Shown: positions 38,906 to 49,527, numbered from the stretch's first letter. The stretch is DNA of 64,000 nt from a virus (IMGVR_UViG_3300042866_001263); one strand, 5' to 3'. Notes: generated from the sequence alone by a model not told the origin. Translations and numbers: made by a program.

Positions 38906-39792
38906 AAACATGGATGTTAGCAAATCGTAAAACGAGAGAAGTTTACGAAAGAGATAGATTTTTAGAAGAAGCAGAACATCTTGGAATTGATTTCAAGATT
39001 GTCTATGCTGATGAAATTGACCTTATTGTTTCTCGTGATGACAGAAAATCAATCCGTTACCAAAATGAGATTGTTAGCCTCCCAGATGTTCTACTCGCTA
39101 GGACAGGCTCTGCTACTGGTAACTACAATCTGTCCGTCTTGCGTCAATTCGAAAGACTGAATGTTCCTACTTTGCCAAACTCTGATGCGATCATCGCAGC
39201 AAAAGATAAGATGTATGCCAATCAGATTTTGGCACAGGCAGGACTTCCTATTCCCAAAACGATGCTTACTCGTTTTCCGAGTAATCCTGATTTAGTTGAA
39301 AAACAAGTAGGGTTTCCTTGTGTAGTCAAAGTGATTACTGGATCACATGGAGCAGGTGTTTATCTTTGTGAGAATAAAAAACAATTCAATGACTTGTCAG
39401 AATTGATTTCCGCCCTAGACTTCAAGAACAGTATGATCGTCCAAGAGTATGTACAATTTTCAGAGGGACGTGATCTTCGTGTTGTTGTTATTGGTGGTAG
39501 GGTCGTTGGTGCTATGCTTCGCCAAGCTACCGATGGATCATTCAAAGCAAACATATCCCGTGGAGGTAAAGGATTAGTTTATGACGTTGATGAAAAAATG
39601 GAACTGCTTGCTATACAAACGGCAAAGGTTCTTGATCTTGACATTGCTGGTGTTGATTTGCTTTTCCATGAAGACGGATACCGTATCTGTGAAGCAAACT
39701 CCTCACCAGGATTTTACGGTTTTGAGAATGCTTTGGGTGTAAATATCCCAGGAAAAATATTTGAATATGCTAAAATGAGGTGTCGTGAATGA
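38902..39792 (+). CDS. RimK-family ATP-grasp ligase
   Basis: DKM, PIPKT, VVK..GSHGAGV, QEY, DLRV, FKANISRGG, AGVDLL, EANSSPGF. Confidence 0.9.
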   Translation: MKTWMLANRKTREVYERDRFLEEAEHLGIDFKIVYADEIDLIVSRDDRKSIRYQNEIVSLPDVLLARTGSATGNYNLSVLRQFERLNVPTLPNSDAIIAAKDKMYANQILAQAGLPIPKTMLTRFPSNPDLVEKQVGFPCVVKVITGSHGAGVYLCENKKQFNDLSELISALDFKNSMIVQEYVQFSEGRDLRVVVIGGRVVGAMLRQATDGSFKANISRGGKGLVYDVDEKMELLAIQTAKVLDLDIAGVDLLFHEDGYRICEANSSPGFYGFENALGVNIPGKIFEYAKMRCRE

Positions 39793-40043
39793 TCTTTCCA
39801 AAAATCAATAAGTGGGACCTATACGATGCCCCAGTAAAGACAACCCCTGATAATGTAAGAGAGGCAAACGAAGCTCTCTTTCGTGCTAAAATGACCTTAC
39901 CTGCTGCTGCCAAACACTGTGGTATGACGCAGAAGGAAATGAAACTAACGTTCTTTGAGTATCTTAAATATCATGCCCCAGACTTTGAAATCTCTGAAAA
40001 CTCCGTTGCGTTACCCAGGGGGGAAGAGCAGAGCTCTACCTAA
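39789..40043 (+). CDS. Conserved hypothetical protein
   Basis: KTTPDNVREANEALFRAKMTLPAAAKHCGMT. Confidence 0.7.
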   Translation: MIFPKINKWDLYDAPVKTTPDNVREANEALFRAKMTLPAAAKHCGMTQKEMKLTFFEYLKYHAPDFEISENSVALPRGEEQSST

Positions 40044-40812
40044 ACTTTTTCAATACATGCCAGATCTGAAGAACTTTCATGAGTTTCGGGAACCTTTTAT
40101 TGGTGGTGGATCTGTAGCACTTGAAGTGACTAAGCGTTATCCTGGCATTCAAATCTGGGTGAATGATCTTTATAATCCTTTGTACACTTTCTGGTCTATC
40201 CTTCGTGATGAACCAGAAGAATTACATCGTTGCATCAAAGGTTATAAAGAAGATTATGGCACACCAGAACTTGCCAGGCAACTCTTCAACGAAATGAAGA
40301 TCCAACTAAATCACAAAGAGGCAGAAGACTTCTACCGTGCAGTTGCTTTCTATATTATCAATAAGTGTTCTTTCTCTGGTCTGACTGAAAGCTCATCCTT
40401 CTCTGCACAAGCAAGTGAAAGTAATTTCTCTATGAATGGTATTGAGAAGATCCCTGAGTATGGTAAGTTGATCAAAGACTGGTATATTACTAACTGGTCA
40501 TACGAAGATATGTTGACTGATCAGAAAAATGTATTTGTTTATCTTGATCCTCCTTATGACATTAAGGACAACCTCTATGGGCGTAAGGGATCAATGCACA
40601 AAGGATTTGATCACGATAAGTTTGCTGCTGATTGTGACCGTCATATTTGCCCTCAACTAGTCTCCTACAACAATTCCAACCTAGTCAAGGAGCGGTTCCA
40701 GGGGTGGACAGTTGGAGAATTTGCACACACCTACACCATGCGGTCGGTCGGGTCGTATACAATAGATCAAGCAGAACGAAAGGAACTCGTCCTTTACAAC
40801 TATGAAAATTAA
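39973..40812 (+). CDS. dam: Dam-like N6-adenine DNA methyltransferase
   Basis: LRYPGGKS, EPFIGGGSV, YLDPPY. Confidence 0.9.
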   Translation: MPQTLKSLKTPLRYPGGKSRALPKLFQYMPDLKNFHEFREPFIGGGSVALEVTKRYPGIQIWVNDLYNPLYTFWSILRDEPEELHRCIKGYKEDYGTPELARQLFNEMKIQLNHKEAEDFYRAVAFYIINKCSFSGLTESSSFSAQASESNFSMNGIEKIPEYGKLIKDWYITNWSYEDMLTDQKNVFVYLDPPYDIKDNLYGRKGSMHKGFDHDKFAADCDRHICPQLVSYNNSNLVKERFQGWTVGEFAHTYTMRSVGSYTIDQAERKELVLYNYEN

Positions 40813-40945
40813 AGTTCAACTCTACGTTGCTGGTCGTCTCTTTGATGAGATCGTTGAGGCAGCAAACTATCAGGATGCTCGCCAGACCGCTCTTGCCCGC
40901 AACCCTACTGCTAAAGTTGTGAATGTTACTGCCGTGTTCAAATGA
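40802..40945 (+). CDS. 47-aa hypothetical protein (not in ORF track)
   Basis: MKIKVQLYVAGRLFDEIVEAANYQDARQTALARNPTAKVVNVTAVFK. Confidence 0.7.
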   Translation: MKIKVQLYVAGRLFDEIVEAANYQDARQTALARNPTAKVVNVTAVFK

Positions 40946-41154
40946 TTTGGCGACTGTGGTGTAAAGCACTAGGAGAGAAAGCTTCTGGGTGTGATAAAGA
41001 ATCTGACAGGGTTGCGATTATTCGCACCCTTATTTTTATCTCTTATTTTGTTACTAACATTTTTATTATTGCTGGAGTTGTGAGACACTGGAATGACATA
41101 CCAACTGAAAGATTACCTGTACAGCATCAACCAATCCAAGAAAAATATTCTTGA
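40942..41154 (+). CDS. Small membrane protein
   Basis: WRLWCKALGEKA...IFIIAGVVRHW. Confidence 0.65.
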   Translation: MIWRLWCKALGEKASGCDKESDRVAIIRTLIFISYFVTNIFIIAGVVRHWNDIPTERLPVQHQPIQEKYS

Positions 41155-41479
41155 AGATGATATTGATGCTGAGAAAGCATATGCTCCCTATATTATCAAT
41201 CGCTGCCTAAGTTCTTTTACTGATACAATTTTATTTGTAAATGAGATGAACAAGAATTGTCATCTCCCTAAAAAGCTTCAATATGATTTTCTACTAAATA
41301 GTGTCAAACCGAGGAAAAGATTTTCTCCTTGGGCGAAAAAAGATTCTATTGATTATCTTGATGTAGTCAAGGAGTATTATGGTTATAATGACGATAAAGC
41401 ACTCCAAGCACTCAGGGTTCTCACCAAGGATCAGCTAGATCATATTACAAAGGTACTGAATAAAGGTGGAAGAAAATGA
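41093..41479 (+). CDS. gp62: Clamp loader small subunit
   Basis: YAPYIINRCLS, LQYDFLLNSV, YYGYNDDKA. Confidence 0.92.
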   Translation: MTYQLKDYLYSINQSKKNILEDDIDAEKAYAPYIINRCLSSFTDTILFVNEMNKNCHLPKKLQYDFLLNSVKPRKRFSPWAKKDSIDYLDVVKEYYGYNDDKALQALRVLTKDQLDHITKVLNKGGRK

Positions 41480-41898
41480 GTGGCGAAATTGAAATCCAGT
41501 GGAAACAATCTGATATGGTGGAAATCATCCTGAACGAACCAGATGATTTCCTAAAAGTGAGGGAAACCCTGACACGAATTGGTGTAGCTTCTCGTAAAGA
41601 AAAGAAGATCTATCAGTCTTGTCACATTCTGCATAAGCAGGGTAAGTATTATATTGTTCACTTCAAAGAGTTGTTTGCTCTTGATGGGAAGAATACTAAT
41701 CTTTCACTAAACGATGTTCAGCGTCGCAATCGTATTATCCAACTTCTGAGTGATTGGGGATTGATTACAATTGTAACGCCAGACAAGATTGCTGATCTTG
41801 CTCCACTCAATCAAATCAAAGTGCTTGCCTTCAAAGAAAAGGATGAATGGACTTTAGAAAGCAAATATAATATTGGTCGTAAAAAGGTAAGTGAATAA
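41476..41898 (+). CDS. regA: Translational repressor
   Basis: DDFLKVRETLTRIG, CHILHKQGKYYIVHFKEL. Confidence 0.97.
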   Translation: MSGEIEIQWKQSDMVEIILNEPDDFLKVRETLTRIGVASRKEKKIYQSCHILHKQGKYYIVHFKELFALDGKNTNLSLNDVQRRNRIIQLLSDWGLITIVTPDKIADLAPLNQIKVLAFKEKDEWTLESKYNIGRKKVSE

Positions 41899-42577
41899 TA
41901 CTCTCGACCAAGCTAATTGTAAATTAAAAAACACACATACAAATTTACATCGTTGGAAAAGTTGGGAACCAAATACTCCCTTTGCTCCCGTATTTGATTG
42001 CCCTATATGGGTAGAAGATCTTAATAATTTTTTTGTTAAAGAATTAATAAGAAAAATTGAAGAATATAATCCAGGTTCTTACAAAGATACTTGGAGAACG
42101 TATAATATTTTTACATGGGATAATCCAGCGGTTAAATTTTTACAAGCATCTATAACTAGAGTTTATAGTAACTACATGGATACTTTGGATCTTCCCAAAG
42201 AAAGAATTGATGATGTATGGATTCGTGGTTGGGCAGTCGTTTTAAACCCCATGGAAAGTGTACCATTACATTGTCATTCTTATCATGAAAATACTTTTCT
42301 TAGTGGCAATCTAATGTTATCTGATAATAAAACAACCACAGATTATCATATTCCACATTTAAGTAGTTATTATGGACCATGGAAATGTGAAAATAAACCA
42401 GCTAGAATAACGATGTTTCCATCATGGGTTTTGCATAAAGTAGATCCCACAGAATATTATAGAGTTTCTGTTGGATTTGATTTGTTTTCATATCACACTC
42501 TTGAGTATATTTGTAACAATAGAATTCCTGGAAATGAACTACAGGAATGTATATTGAGATCTATTAAATTAGTATAA
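41891..42577 (+). CDS. 2OG-Fe(II) oxygenase (TIGR02466-like)
   Basis: LHCHS...LSGNL...FPSWVLH...RVSVGFD. Confidence 0.8.
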   Translation: MNNTLDQANCKLKNTHTNLHRWKSWEPNTPFAPVFDCPIWVEDLNNFFVKELIRKIEEYNPGSYKDTWRTYNIFTWDNPAVKFLQASITRVYSNYMDTLDLPKERIDDVWIRGWAVVLNPMESVPLHCHSYHENTFLSGNLMLSDNKTTTDYHIPHLSSYYGPWKCENKPARITMFPSWVLHKVDPTEYYRVSVGFDLFSYHTLEYICNNRIPGNELQECILRSIKLV

Positions 42578-42589
42578 ACCGTAGTATTC

Positions 42590-42617
42590 ATGGGGGTTTT
42601 CATAACCCCCATTTTTT
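42590..42617 (+). terminator. Intrinsic terminator
   Basis: ATGGGGGTT-TTCAT-AACCCCCAT followed by TTTTT. Confidence 0.85.
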
Positions 42618-42683
42618 ATGTGAAGTGTATAAGTATTAGTGTGATGCCTAACGGGTCACATGTAAACGTTGCTTTTTAGGACA

Positions 42684-43088
42684 ATGGTAACATTCAATTG
42701 GGAAACATATACTCCTTACTCTATTGGTTTCGATGAAACATTCAGAAGACTGGAAGCTATTGCAGGCACTGGATCTAGTTATCCTCCGTACAATGTGGTT
42801 GACGGAGACGATGGCAGAACCATACTTGAAGTCGCTTTGGCTGGATTTACAAGCGAAGATATTGAAGTCGCAACTCAACGACATGTTCTAACAGTATCTG
42901 CCAACAAATCAAAAGAAGAAAAAGAACGTAAGTATCAACACAAAGGTATCTCTCAAAAATCATTTAGTCGCAACTGGCAGATGGCAGAAGATGTTGAAGT
43001 AGAGAGTGTAGAATTTAAGGATGGTTTATTGACAGTTGTGTTGAAAAAAGAACTACCAGAAAAAGACAAGCGTAAAAAGTGGTTCTAA
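42684..43088 (+). CDS. hsp20: Small heat-shock protein
   Basis: YPPYNVV, EVALAGF, HKGISQKSFSR, FKDGLL; AGGA RBS. Confidence 0.95.
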   Translation: MVTFNWETYTPYSIGFDETFRRLEAIAGTGSSYPPYNVVDGDDGRTILEVALAGFTSEDIEVATQRHVLTVSANKSKEEKERKYQHKGISQKSFSRNWQMAEDVEVESVEFKDGLLTVVLKKELPEKDKRKKWF

Positions 43089-43094
43089 ATATTC

Positions 43095-43129
43095 GGGCAC
43101 TTGACGGTGCCCTTTTTTAATGCTAAACT
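43095..43129 (+). terminator. Terminator whose loop is the -35 of a sigma70 promoter
   Basis: GGGCAC-TTGACG-GTGCCC followed by T6; TTGACG (43101-43106), 17 nt, then TAAACT (43124-43129) with extended TG. Confidence 0.75.
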
Positions 43130-43151
43130 AATAATACACCTACACTAAACT

Positions 43152-43487
43152 ATGGCAGTATCAATTATTACATTAAAGACAGGTGAACGAATTATCACGG
43201 AACTTAAAGAAGTCTTCGATGGCGAAGACGATAATAAAAAAGGAATTTGTCTTTTGATGGACGAACCTTATGTTTTAAGTCTGGATGGCGCAATCCCACA
43301 GTATCTGACAGAAGCACGTGGTATGGAATATCAGGTTCGCTTTAGTAAGTGGAACCCATATTCTCCAGATACCATGTTTAAAATTCCGTATGATTGTGTT
43401 ATGACAATCAGTAGTCCTGAACCAGGATTGCAAAAAGCTTATGAAACTAAATTAGAACAAAAACAGGAGATAGAAGCAAATGTCTGA
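43152..43487 (+). CDS. Conserved hypothetical protein (LKTGE motif)
   Basis: IITLKTGERIITEL. Confidence 0.8.
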   Translation: MAVSIITLKTGERIITELKEVFDGEDDNKKGICLLMDEPYVLSLDGAIPQYLTEARGMEYQVRFSKWNPYSPDTMFKIPYDCVMTISSPEPGLQKAYETKLEQKQEIEANV

Positions 43488-43857
43488 GTTGAAGCAAAAC
43501 CACTTTGTCAGGATCGTTAAGTTAGTTACTGGCGATAATGTGCTGTGCTTATTTGGTGATGTTAAAGGAGATAACGAAGATATCGTTGGATATCGTTTGA
43601 TCTATCCATATGTTCTTACCCTTGGAGAACGTAATGAGGATGGAGATATTGCCATTAACTACACTAGGTTCTGTCCATACAGTCCTGTAGAAGAACATAG
43701 AATTAGTGGTTCTCATATTATCAGTGTTGTATTTCCTGATAATGGAGTACTTGATAACTATGTCAATCGCCTAGTTGAACTTGGCGTTGATACAAATAAT
43801 ATTTTCTTTGAGGAGCCTAATGGAAATAGCAGCGAACCTACTGAAGCTGGCGAATGA
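43480..43857 (+). CDS. Conserved hypothetical protein (KLVTGD motif)
   Basis: RIVKLVTGDNVLC. Confidence 0.8.
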   Translation: MSELKQNHFVRIVKLVTGDNVLCLFGDVKGDNEDIVGYRLIYPYVLTLGERNEDGDIAINYTRFCPYSPVEEHRISGSHIISVVFPDNGVLDNYVNRLVELGVDTNNIFFEEPNGNSSEPTEAGE

Positions 43858-44092
43858 TTGGATCATCGCCCAGGTGGAGGAGATCGAGGGTGCCACTTCG
43901 ATAGGTGACCCCGATTGCGTCCTGCGTGATCCCTACATGGTAGAATATGATGGAGATATCACCCCATGGCCTCCCCATTCAAATGATCGTGAGGTGATCG
44001 TTAGGTCTTCTGACATCACCACACTTGTCAATCCAAGCACCAAACTTCTTGCTGCTTATCTACTTAAAGTTGATCCGCCAAAATCTGAATGA
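43820..44092 (+). CDS. Conserved hypothetical protein
   Basis: AGGAG RBS before ATG 43820; LLKLANDWIIAQV...PY...PWP. Confidence 0.75.
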   Translation: MEIAANLLKLANDWIIAQVEEIEGATSIGDPDCVLRDPYMVEYDGDITPWPPHSNDREVIVRSSDITTLVNPSTKLLAAYLLKVDPPKSE

Positions 44093-46578
44093 AGTTTTAT
44101 ACTAATGTTGAACAAGCTGGCAACCGTTTGCTAGTCCGTGGTTATGAAAATGGCAATCGCTACAGCGTGAAGGTTCCCTTCAACCCCACGCTGTACTTGC
44201 CTACAAAGAACTATTCTGAATGGCGTACCCTTGAGGGTGATTGCGTGGAACCACATAAGTTTGGTTCTATTACTGAGGCACGAGATTTTGTAAAGCAATA
44301 CAAAGAAGTAGACGACTTTGAGATCTATGGCAATACTCGCTTCCTTTATCAATATATTGCTGAAGAACACCCAGAAGAAGAAGTTAAGTTCGACAGTAAT
44401 AAGATCCGTGTATTTACAATCGACATTGAAACTGCTGCCGAAAACGGTTTCCCTAACGTTGAAACTGCCGATCAGGAGATCCTTGCCATCTCTATCAAAG
44501 ACAGCTTCACTGGTCGAATTACTGTGTTCGGGGCACGACCATTCAATAACAAAGACCCCATGGTGGACTACATGCATTTCCGCCATGAAGAGAGCATGTT
44601 GGGAGCATTCCTTGAATTCTGGCAAGCAAACTTTCCAGATGTGATTACTGGTTGGAACGTTCAACTGTTCGACATGCCATACATTCACAATCGTATTGAT
44701 CGTGTAATGGGTGAGAAGTTCACTAAACTTCTGTCACCATGGAAACTTGTATCGAAGCGTGAAATCTTTATCAAGGGTCGTAAGCAGTTTGCCGTAGATA
44801 CTCTTGGCATCTCTACTCTAGACTACCTTGAGTTGTATAAGAAGTTCACTTACACCAACCAAGAGAGTTACCGTCTGGATCATATCTGTAACGTAGAACT
44901 TGGCGCCAAGAAACTCGATCACAGCGAGTTTGATACTTTCAAGGAGTTCTATGAGAACGACTGGCAAAAGTTTATTGAATACAACATTCATGACGTTCGC
45001 CTGGTGGATCAACTAGACGACAAGATGAAGTTGATTGAACTTGCCTTCACTATGGCATACGACGCCAAGGTGAATTATGAAGATGTGTTTAGTCAAGTTC
45101 GGATGTGGGATAACTATATCTATGTGGAGCTGTTGAAACGTAAGGTCGCTATTCCTCCCAAGAAAGAAGCAACCAAGACGGAGAAGTATGCAGGAGCGTA
45201 TGTCAAGGAACCGATACCTGGGTTTTATAATTGGGTGGTCAGTTTTGATCTCAATAGCCTGTATCCCCATCTTATTATGCAGTACAATATCTCGCCAGAG
45301 ACACTCACCGAACGTCGCCATCCCAGCGCAAATGTTGAGGGGTTCCTAAACAAAGAGATTGAACTGGATACTGAGTATTGTGTTGCTGCTAATGGCGCAC
45401 AGTATCGCAAAGACATTCATGGTTTCCTGCCTCAAATGATGCAGAAGATGTATGATGGTCGTGTGATCTATAAAAAGAAGATGCTTGTTGCTAAGCAGCA
45501 GTATGAGAAGACACCAACTGTCGAACTCATGAAAGAGATTGCCCGCTGTAATAACATTCAGATGGCAAAGAAGATTTCTCTGAACTCTGCCTATGGTGCT
45601 ATTGGTAACGAGCACTTCCGTTATTACAAGTTGGCAAATGCTGAAGCGATCACCTTATCTGGTCAACTCTCTATCCGTTGGATTGAGAACAAAATGAACC
45701 AGTATCTAAATAAGGTATTGAAGACTGGTAATGTTGATTATGTTATTGCTTCTGATACTGACAGCATCTATCTCAATATGGGTCCTTTGGTTGAAAAGAT
45801 ATACGAGGGACGAGAGAAAATTAGTGAGAAAGTTGTTGGGTTCCTTGACAAGATCTGTCAAATGGAACTTGAACCTTATATTGAAAGTTCTTACCAAGAA
45901 CTGGCAGACTATGTAAATGCCTATGACCAGAAGATGCAGATGAAGCGAGAGAACATCGCCAATCGTGGCATCTGGACTGCAAAGAAGCGATACATTCTCA
46001 ATGTATGGGACAGCGAAGGAGTTAGATACAAAGAACCCAAGATGAAAATTATGGGTCTTGAAACTGCTAGGTCTTCAACTCCAGCATATTTCCGAGACAA
46101 ATTGTATGAAGCCTTCAAAATCATTATCGGCAAAACAAATGATGAACTCATCGGTTTCATCAATGATGTCCGCAATGAAACCAGAAAGCGACCCTACAAC
46201 GAAGTTGCTTTCCCACGAGGCGTCAACAATCTGGCAAAGTATAGGCACCCCCATGAGATCTACCAGAAGGCAACCCCCATTCACGTAAGGGGAGCTCTAC
46301 TTTACAATCACTACATCAGGAAATACAAGATTGAAAACAAGCATCCTCTCATTCAAGAGGGTGAAAAAATCAAGTTCATGTATTTGAAAACTCCCAATCC
46401 AATTCATGAAAACTGCATTAGTTTCTTTGGCGATCTGCCGCATGAATTTGGACTTGAGAAGTACGTTGACTATCAGACACAATTTGAAAAGTCGTTCCTC
46501 GAACCTCTCAAAAATGTGCTACAATGTATTGGATGGACACACGAGAAAAAAATTTCTATCGGGAGTTTCTTTGAATGA
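44089..46578 (+). CDS. gp43: Family B DNA polymerase
   Basis: DIET and YN..D exonuclease motifs, SFDLNSLYP, KISLNSAYG, DTDS. Confidence 0.99.
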   Translation: MKFYTNVEQAGNRLLVRGYENGNRYSVKVPFNPTLYLPTKNYSEWRTLEGDCVEPHKFGSITEARDFVKQYKEVDDFEIYGNTRFLYQYIAEEHPEEEVKFDSNKIRVFTIDIETAAENGFPNVETADQEILAISIKDSFTGRITVFGARPFNNKDPMVDYMHFRHEESMLGAFLEFWQANFPDVITGWNVQLFDMPYIHNRIDRVMGEKFTKLLSPWKLVSKREIFIKGRKQFAVDTLGISTLDYLELYKKFTYTNQESYRLDHICNVELGAKKLDHSEFDTFKEFYENDWQKFIEYNIHDVRLVDQLDDKMKLIELAFTMAYDAKVNYEDVFSQVRMWDNYIYVELLKRKVAIPPKKEATKTEKYAGAYVKEPIPGFYNWVVSFDLNSLYPHLIMQYNISPETLTERRHPSANVEGFLNKEIELDTEYCVAANGAQYRKDIHGFLPQMMQKMYDGRVIYKKKMLVAKQQYEKTPTVELMKEIARCNNIQMAKKISLNSAYGAIGNEHFRYYKLANAEAITLSGQLSIRWIENKMNQYLNKVLKTGNVDYVIASDTDSIYLNMGPLVEKIYEGREKISEKVVGFLDKICQMELEPYIESSYQELADYVNAYDQKMQMKRENIANRGIWTAKKRYILNVWDSEGVRYKEPKMKIMGLETARSSTPAYFRDKLYEAFKIIIGKTNDELIGFINDVRNETRKRPYNEVAFPRGVNNLAKYRHPHEIYQKATPIHVRGALLYNHYIRKYKIENKHPLIQEGEKIKFMYLKTPNPIHENCISFFGDLPHEFGLEKYVDYQTQFEKSFLEPLKNVLQCIGWTHEKKISIGSFFE

Positions 46579-46745
46579 ATGTCTGGGTTGTGAGTTGGAC
46601 CAATCATGTTGTAGGGCAGATTGGTCCAGATAACATCAAATGTTTTGACGAGTATGAGACCGCCAGAGCATTTGCTAAACTGATGAGTAACAATTACTCG
46701 TATGTAAACATGTATGAAGATGAGGTAAAACAATGGGATTCCTAG
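46575..46745 (+). CDS. 56-aa hypothetical protein (not in ORF track)
   Basis: [37 protein letters not shown]...; ATGA overlap with gp43. Confidence 0.6.
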   Translation: MNVWVVSWTNHVVGQIGPDNIKCFDEYETARAFAKLMSNNYSYVNMYEDEVKQWDS

Positions 46746-47746
46746 ATACTATAGTCAAAGATAGCGGCAATGAGTTTGCTGGTTTTGTTAGCGACGGGGT
46801 TGCTGCTGGCGACATTACATCTTACGTTGATACTGGCTCTTATATTTTTAATGCCCTTGTTAGTGGTTCACTGTTTGGAGGTCTTCCTTCCAACAAGGTT
46901 ACTGCCTTGGCAGGAGAATCAAGCACGGGAAAGACTTTCTTTGCTCTTTCTGTCGTTCGTAATTTCCTTGCTGCTAATCTTACTGGCGGCGTCATTTATT
47001 TTGAAAGTGAATCTGCAATTTCTCGTGACATGATTGAAAGTCGTGGAATTGATAGCAAGCGTATGATCATCATGCCTGTAGGAACAATTGAAGAATTCAG
47101 AACACAAGCTTGTCGTATTCTCGACAAGTATATGAAAGAACCAAAAGATGAGCGTGTGCCCATGCTGTTTGTTCTGGACAGTCTTGGTATGCTCTCCACC
47201 AGCAAAGAGATGGAAGATGTTGCCAACGATAAGCAAGTTCGTGACATGACTAAATCGCAACTTATCAAAGGTGCCTTTCGAGTGCTTACTCTGAAACTGG
47301 GTCAGGCAAATGTTCCTATGATCGTAACTAACCACACTTATGATGTGATTGGATCTTATGTTCCAACCAAAGAAATGGGTGGTGGAACTGGACTGAAGTA
47401 TGCTGCCTCCACGATCATCTATCTTGGTAAAAAGAAAGAGAAGGATGGAACTGAAGTTGTTGGTAATATCATCAAGTGTGAAGCTAAGAAGTCTCGTCTA
47501 ACAAAGGAAGGTAGCAAAGTTGAAACCAGACTCTATTTTGATGAACGTGGATTGGATCGCTATTACGGACTATTGGAACTGGGTGAAGAGCACGGAGTAT
47601 TCACTCGTAAAGGCAATCGTATCGTTGTTGGTGAATCCTCTGTTTATCCTTCTGTTATTCTTGCCGATCCCGAAAAGTATTTCACAGAAGAAATAATGGC
47701 ACAGTTGGAAGAAGCGGCGTTGAAAGAATTCTCTTATGGCAACTGA
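46733..47746 (+). CDS. uvsX: RecA-like recombinase
   Basis: [20 protein letters not shown]. Confidence 0.96.
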   Translation: MGFLDTIVKDSGNEFAGFVSDGVAAGDITSYVDTGSYIFNALVSGSLFGGLPSNKVTALAGESSTGKTFFALSVVRNFLAANLTGGVIYFESESAISRDMIESRGIDSKRMIIMPVGTIEEFRTQACRILDKYMKEPKDERVPMLFVLDSLGMLSTSKEMEDVANDKQVRDMTKSQLIKGAFRVLTLKLGQANVPMIVTNHTYDVIGSYVPTKEMGGGTGLKYAASTIIYLGKKKEKDGTEVVGNIIKCEAKKSRLTKEGSKVETRLYFDERGLDRYYGLLELGEEHGVFTRKGNRIVVGESSVYPSVILADPEKYFTEEIMAQLEEAALKEFSYGN

Positions 47747-49124
47747 ACGTATCGAAGAAACTATCTTGCGTAATCTTCTCTTCACGGAGGAGTATTACCG
47801 CAAGGTAGTGCCATTCTTAAAAGCAGATTATTTTAACGAATATCATGAACGCATCATCTTTGAAGAGATTGCTGAGTTCTCCAGTAAGTACGACAAAGTA
47901 CCTACTCAAGAAGTTTTATCAATCAACCTTCAAAACCGAAACGATCTCACAGATGACATCTTCCAGTCATCTATGTCAACCCTCCGCAGTCTCTCAGACG
48001 AATGGGTTGATTTCAATTGGCTCCTTGATGCCACAGAAAAATGGTGTCAAGACAGAGCAATCTATCTCGCCCTCATGCTATCCATCAAGGTCGCAGATGG
48101 TGGCGATAAAAAACTATCGAAGGATGCGATCCCAGGTATCTTACAGGAGGCCCTGGCAGTATCTTTTGACGAACACATAGGACACGACTACATTGAACAA
48201 GCAGAAGCACGATATGAGTTTTACCACCGCACTGAAGAAAAGATCCCGTTTGATCTCGAAAAGTTTAACTTCATTACCAAAGGTGGTCTCCCTAATAAGA
48301 CTCTCAACATCGCTCTTGCTGGTACGGGTGTCGGGAAAAGTCTATTCATGTGCCACATGGCTAGTGCCGCCCTCACACAGGGGCGCAACGTACTCTACAT
48401 TACATGTGAAATGGCAGAGGAAAAGATTGCTGAACGAATTGACGCAAACTTATTGAATGTAAATGTCAAAGATATTGCTGAATTGCCTGAAGTTATCTTT
48501 ACTTCTAAGGTACAAGAGATCGCTAGAAAGACCAGAGGTAAACTTATTATCAAAGAATACCCAACAGCATCTGCTCACGTTGGACACTTCAAGGCATTAC
48601 TCTCAGACCTTTCCTTGAAAAAAAGTTTCAAACCTGATATAATCTTTGTAGACTATCTAAACATTTGTGCGAGTGCGAGGTATAAAGGTGCAGTTGTCAA
48701 TTCTTACACGTATGTTAAAGCGATTGCTGAAGAGCTTCGTGGTCTTGCTGTGGAACATAATGTACCGATTGTCTCTGCTACTCAAACTACTCGTAGTGGT
48801 TATGGCAATAGTGACCCTGACCTTACCGATACTTCTGAGTCTTTTGGTCTTCCTGCCACTGCTGACTTTATGTTTGCCCTTATTAGCACTGAGGAACTTG
48901 AGCAACAGGGTCGCCTTATGGTCAAACAACTTAAAAACCGATACAACGACCCAACTGCCTCTCGAAAATTCATGGTGGGAATTGACAGAGCGAAGATGAA
49001 GCTGTATGATGTAGCAGATGATGCTTCCTCTATCAGTATCGATAGTGAAGATCCTGGCGAAGAGTTCGCCCAATTTACCAAAACCCAAAACCGTCTATCT
49101 AAATTTGCTGAGTGGAATGTATGA
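47736..49124 (+). CDS. gp41: Replicative DNA helicase
   Basis: [35 protein letters not shown]. Confidence 0.97.
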   Translation: MATERIEETILRNLLFTEEYYRKVVPFLKADYFNEYHERIIFEEIAEFSSKYDKVPTQEVLSINLQNRNDLTDDIFQSSMSTLRSLSDEWVDFNWLLDATEKWCQDRAIYLALMLSIKVADGGDKKLSKDAIPGILQEALAVSFDEHIGHDYIEQAEARYEFYHRTEEKIPFDLEKFNFITKGGLPNKTLNIALAGTGVGKSLFMCHMASAALTQGRNVLYITCEMAEEKIAERIDANLLNVNVKDIAELPEVIFTSKVQEIARKTRGKLIIKEYPTASAHVGHFKALLSDLSLKKSFKPDIIFVDYLNICASARYKGAVVNSYTYVKAIAEELRGLAVEHNVPIVSATQTTRSGYGNSDPDLTDTSESFGLPATADFMFALISTEELEQQGRLMVKQLKNRYNDPTASRKFMVGIDRAKMKLYDVADDASSISIDSEDPGEEFAQFTKTQNRLSKFAEWNV

Positions 49125-49525
49125 ACATTGATTTTGCCCGTTATGAGAAGTTTGTTGATGCTGTTACTTCAGACGCTTCTACAGACTTTGTTGCTCTTTC
49201 TGATCGGCTTGTTGAGCTTGATCGTAAGGGTGCCAATATTGAACGACTGCTTACTGCTGGTGTTGGCATTAACGCTGAAGGTGGTGAGTTTCTTGAGATT
49301 GTCAAGAAAATGATTTTCCAAGGAAAACCTTTCAGTGAAGATAACCGAGAGCATATGATTATTGAACTTGGCGATCTGATGTGGTATGTTGCCCAAGCAT
49401 GTATGGCACTTGAAGTTTCGTTTGAAGAAGTGCTTGAACGGAATGTTAAAAAACTTGAAAAACGGTATCCTGGTGGACAGTTTGACATCTATTATTCCGA
49501 GAACCGAGCGGAGGACGACCTCTGA
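49121..49525 (+). CDS. mazG: MazG-like nucleotide pyrophosphohydrolase
   Basis: EGGEFLEIVKK, ELGDLMWY, NVKKLEKRYP. Confidence 0.92.
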   Translation: MNIDFARYEKFVDAVTSDASTDFVALSDRLVELDRKGANIERLLTAGVGINAEGGEFLEIVKKMIFQGKPFSEDNREHMIIELGDLMWYVAQACMALEVSFEEVLERNVKKLEKRYPGGQFDIYYSENRAEDDL

Positions 49526-49527
49526 CG

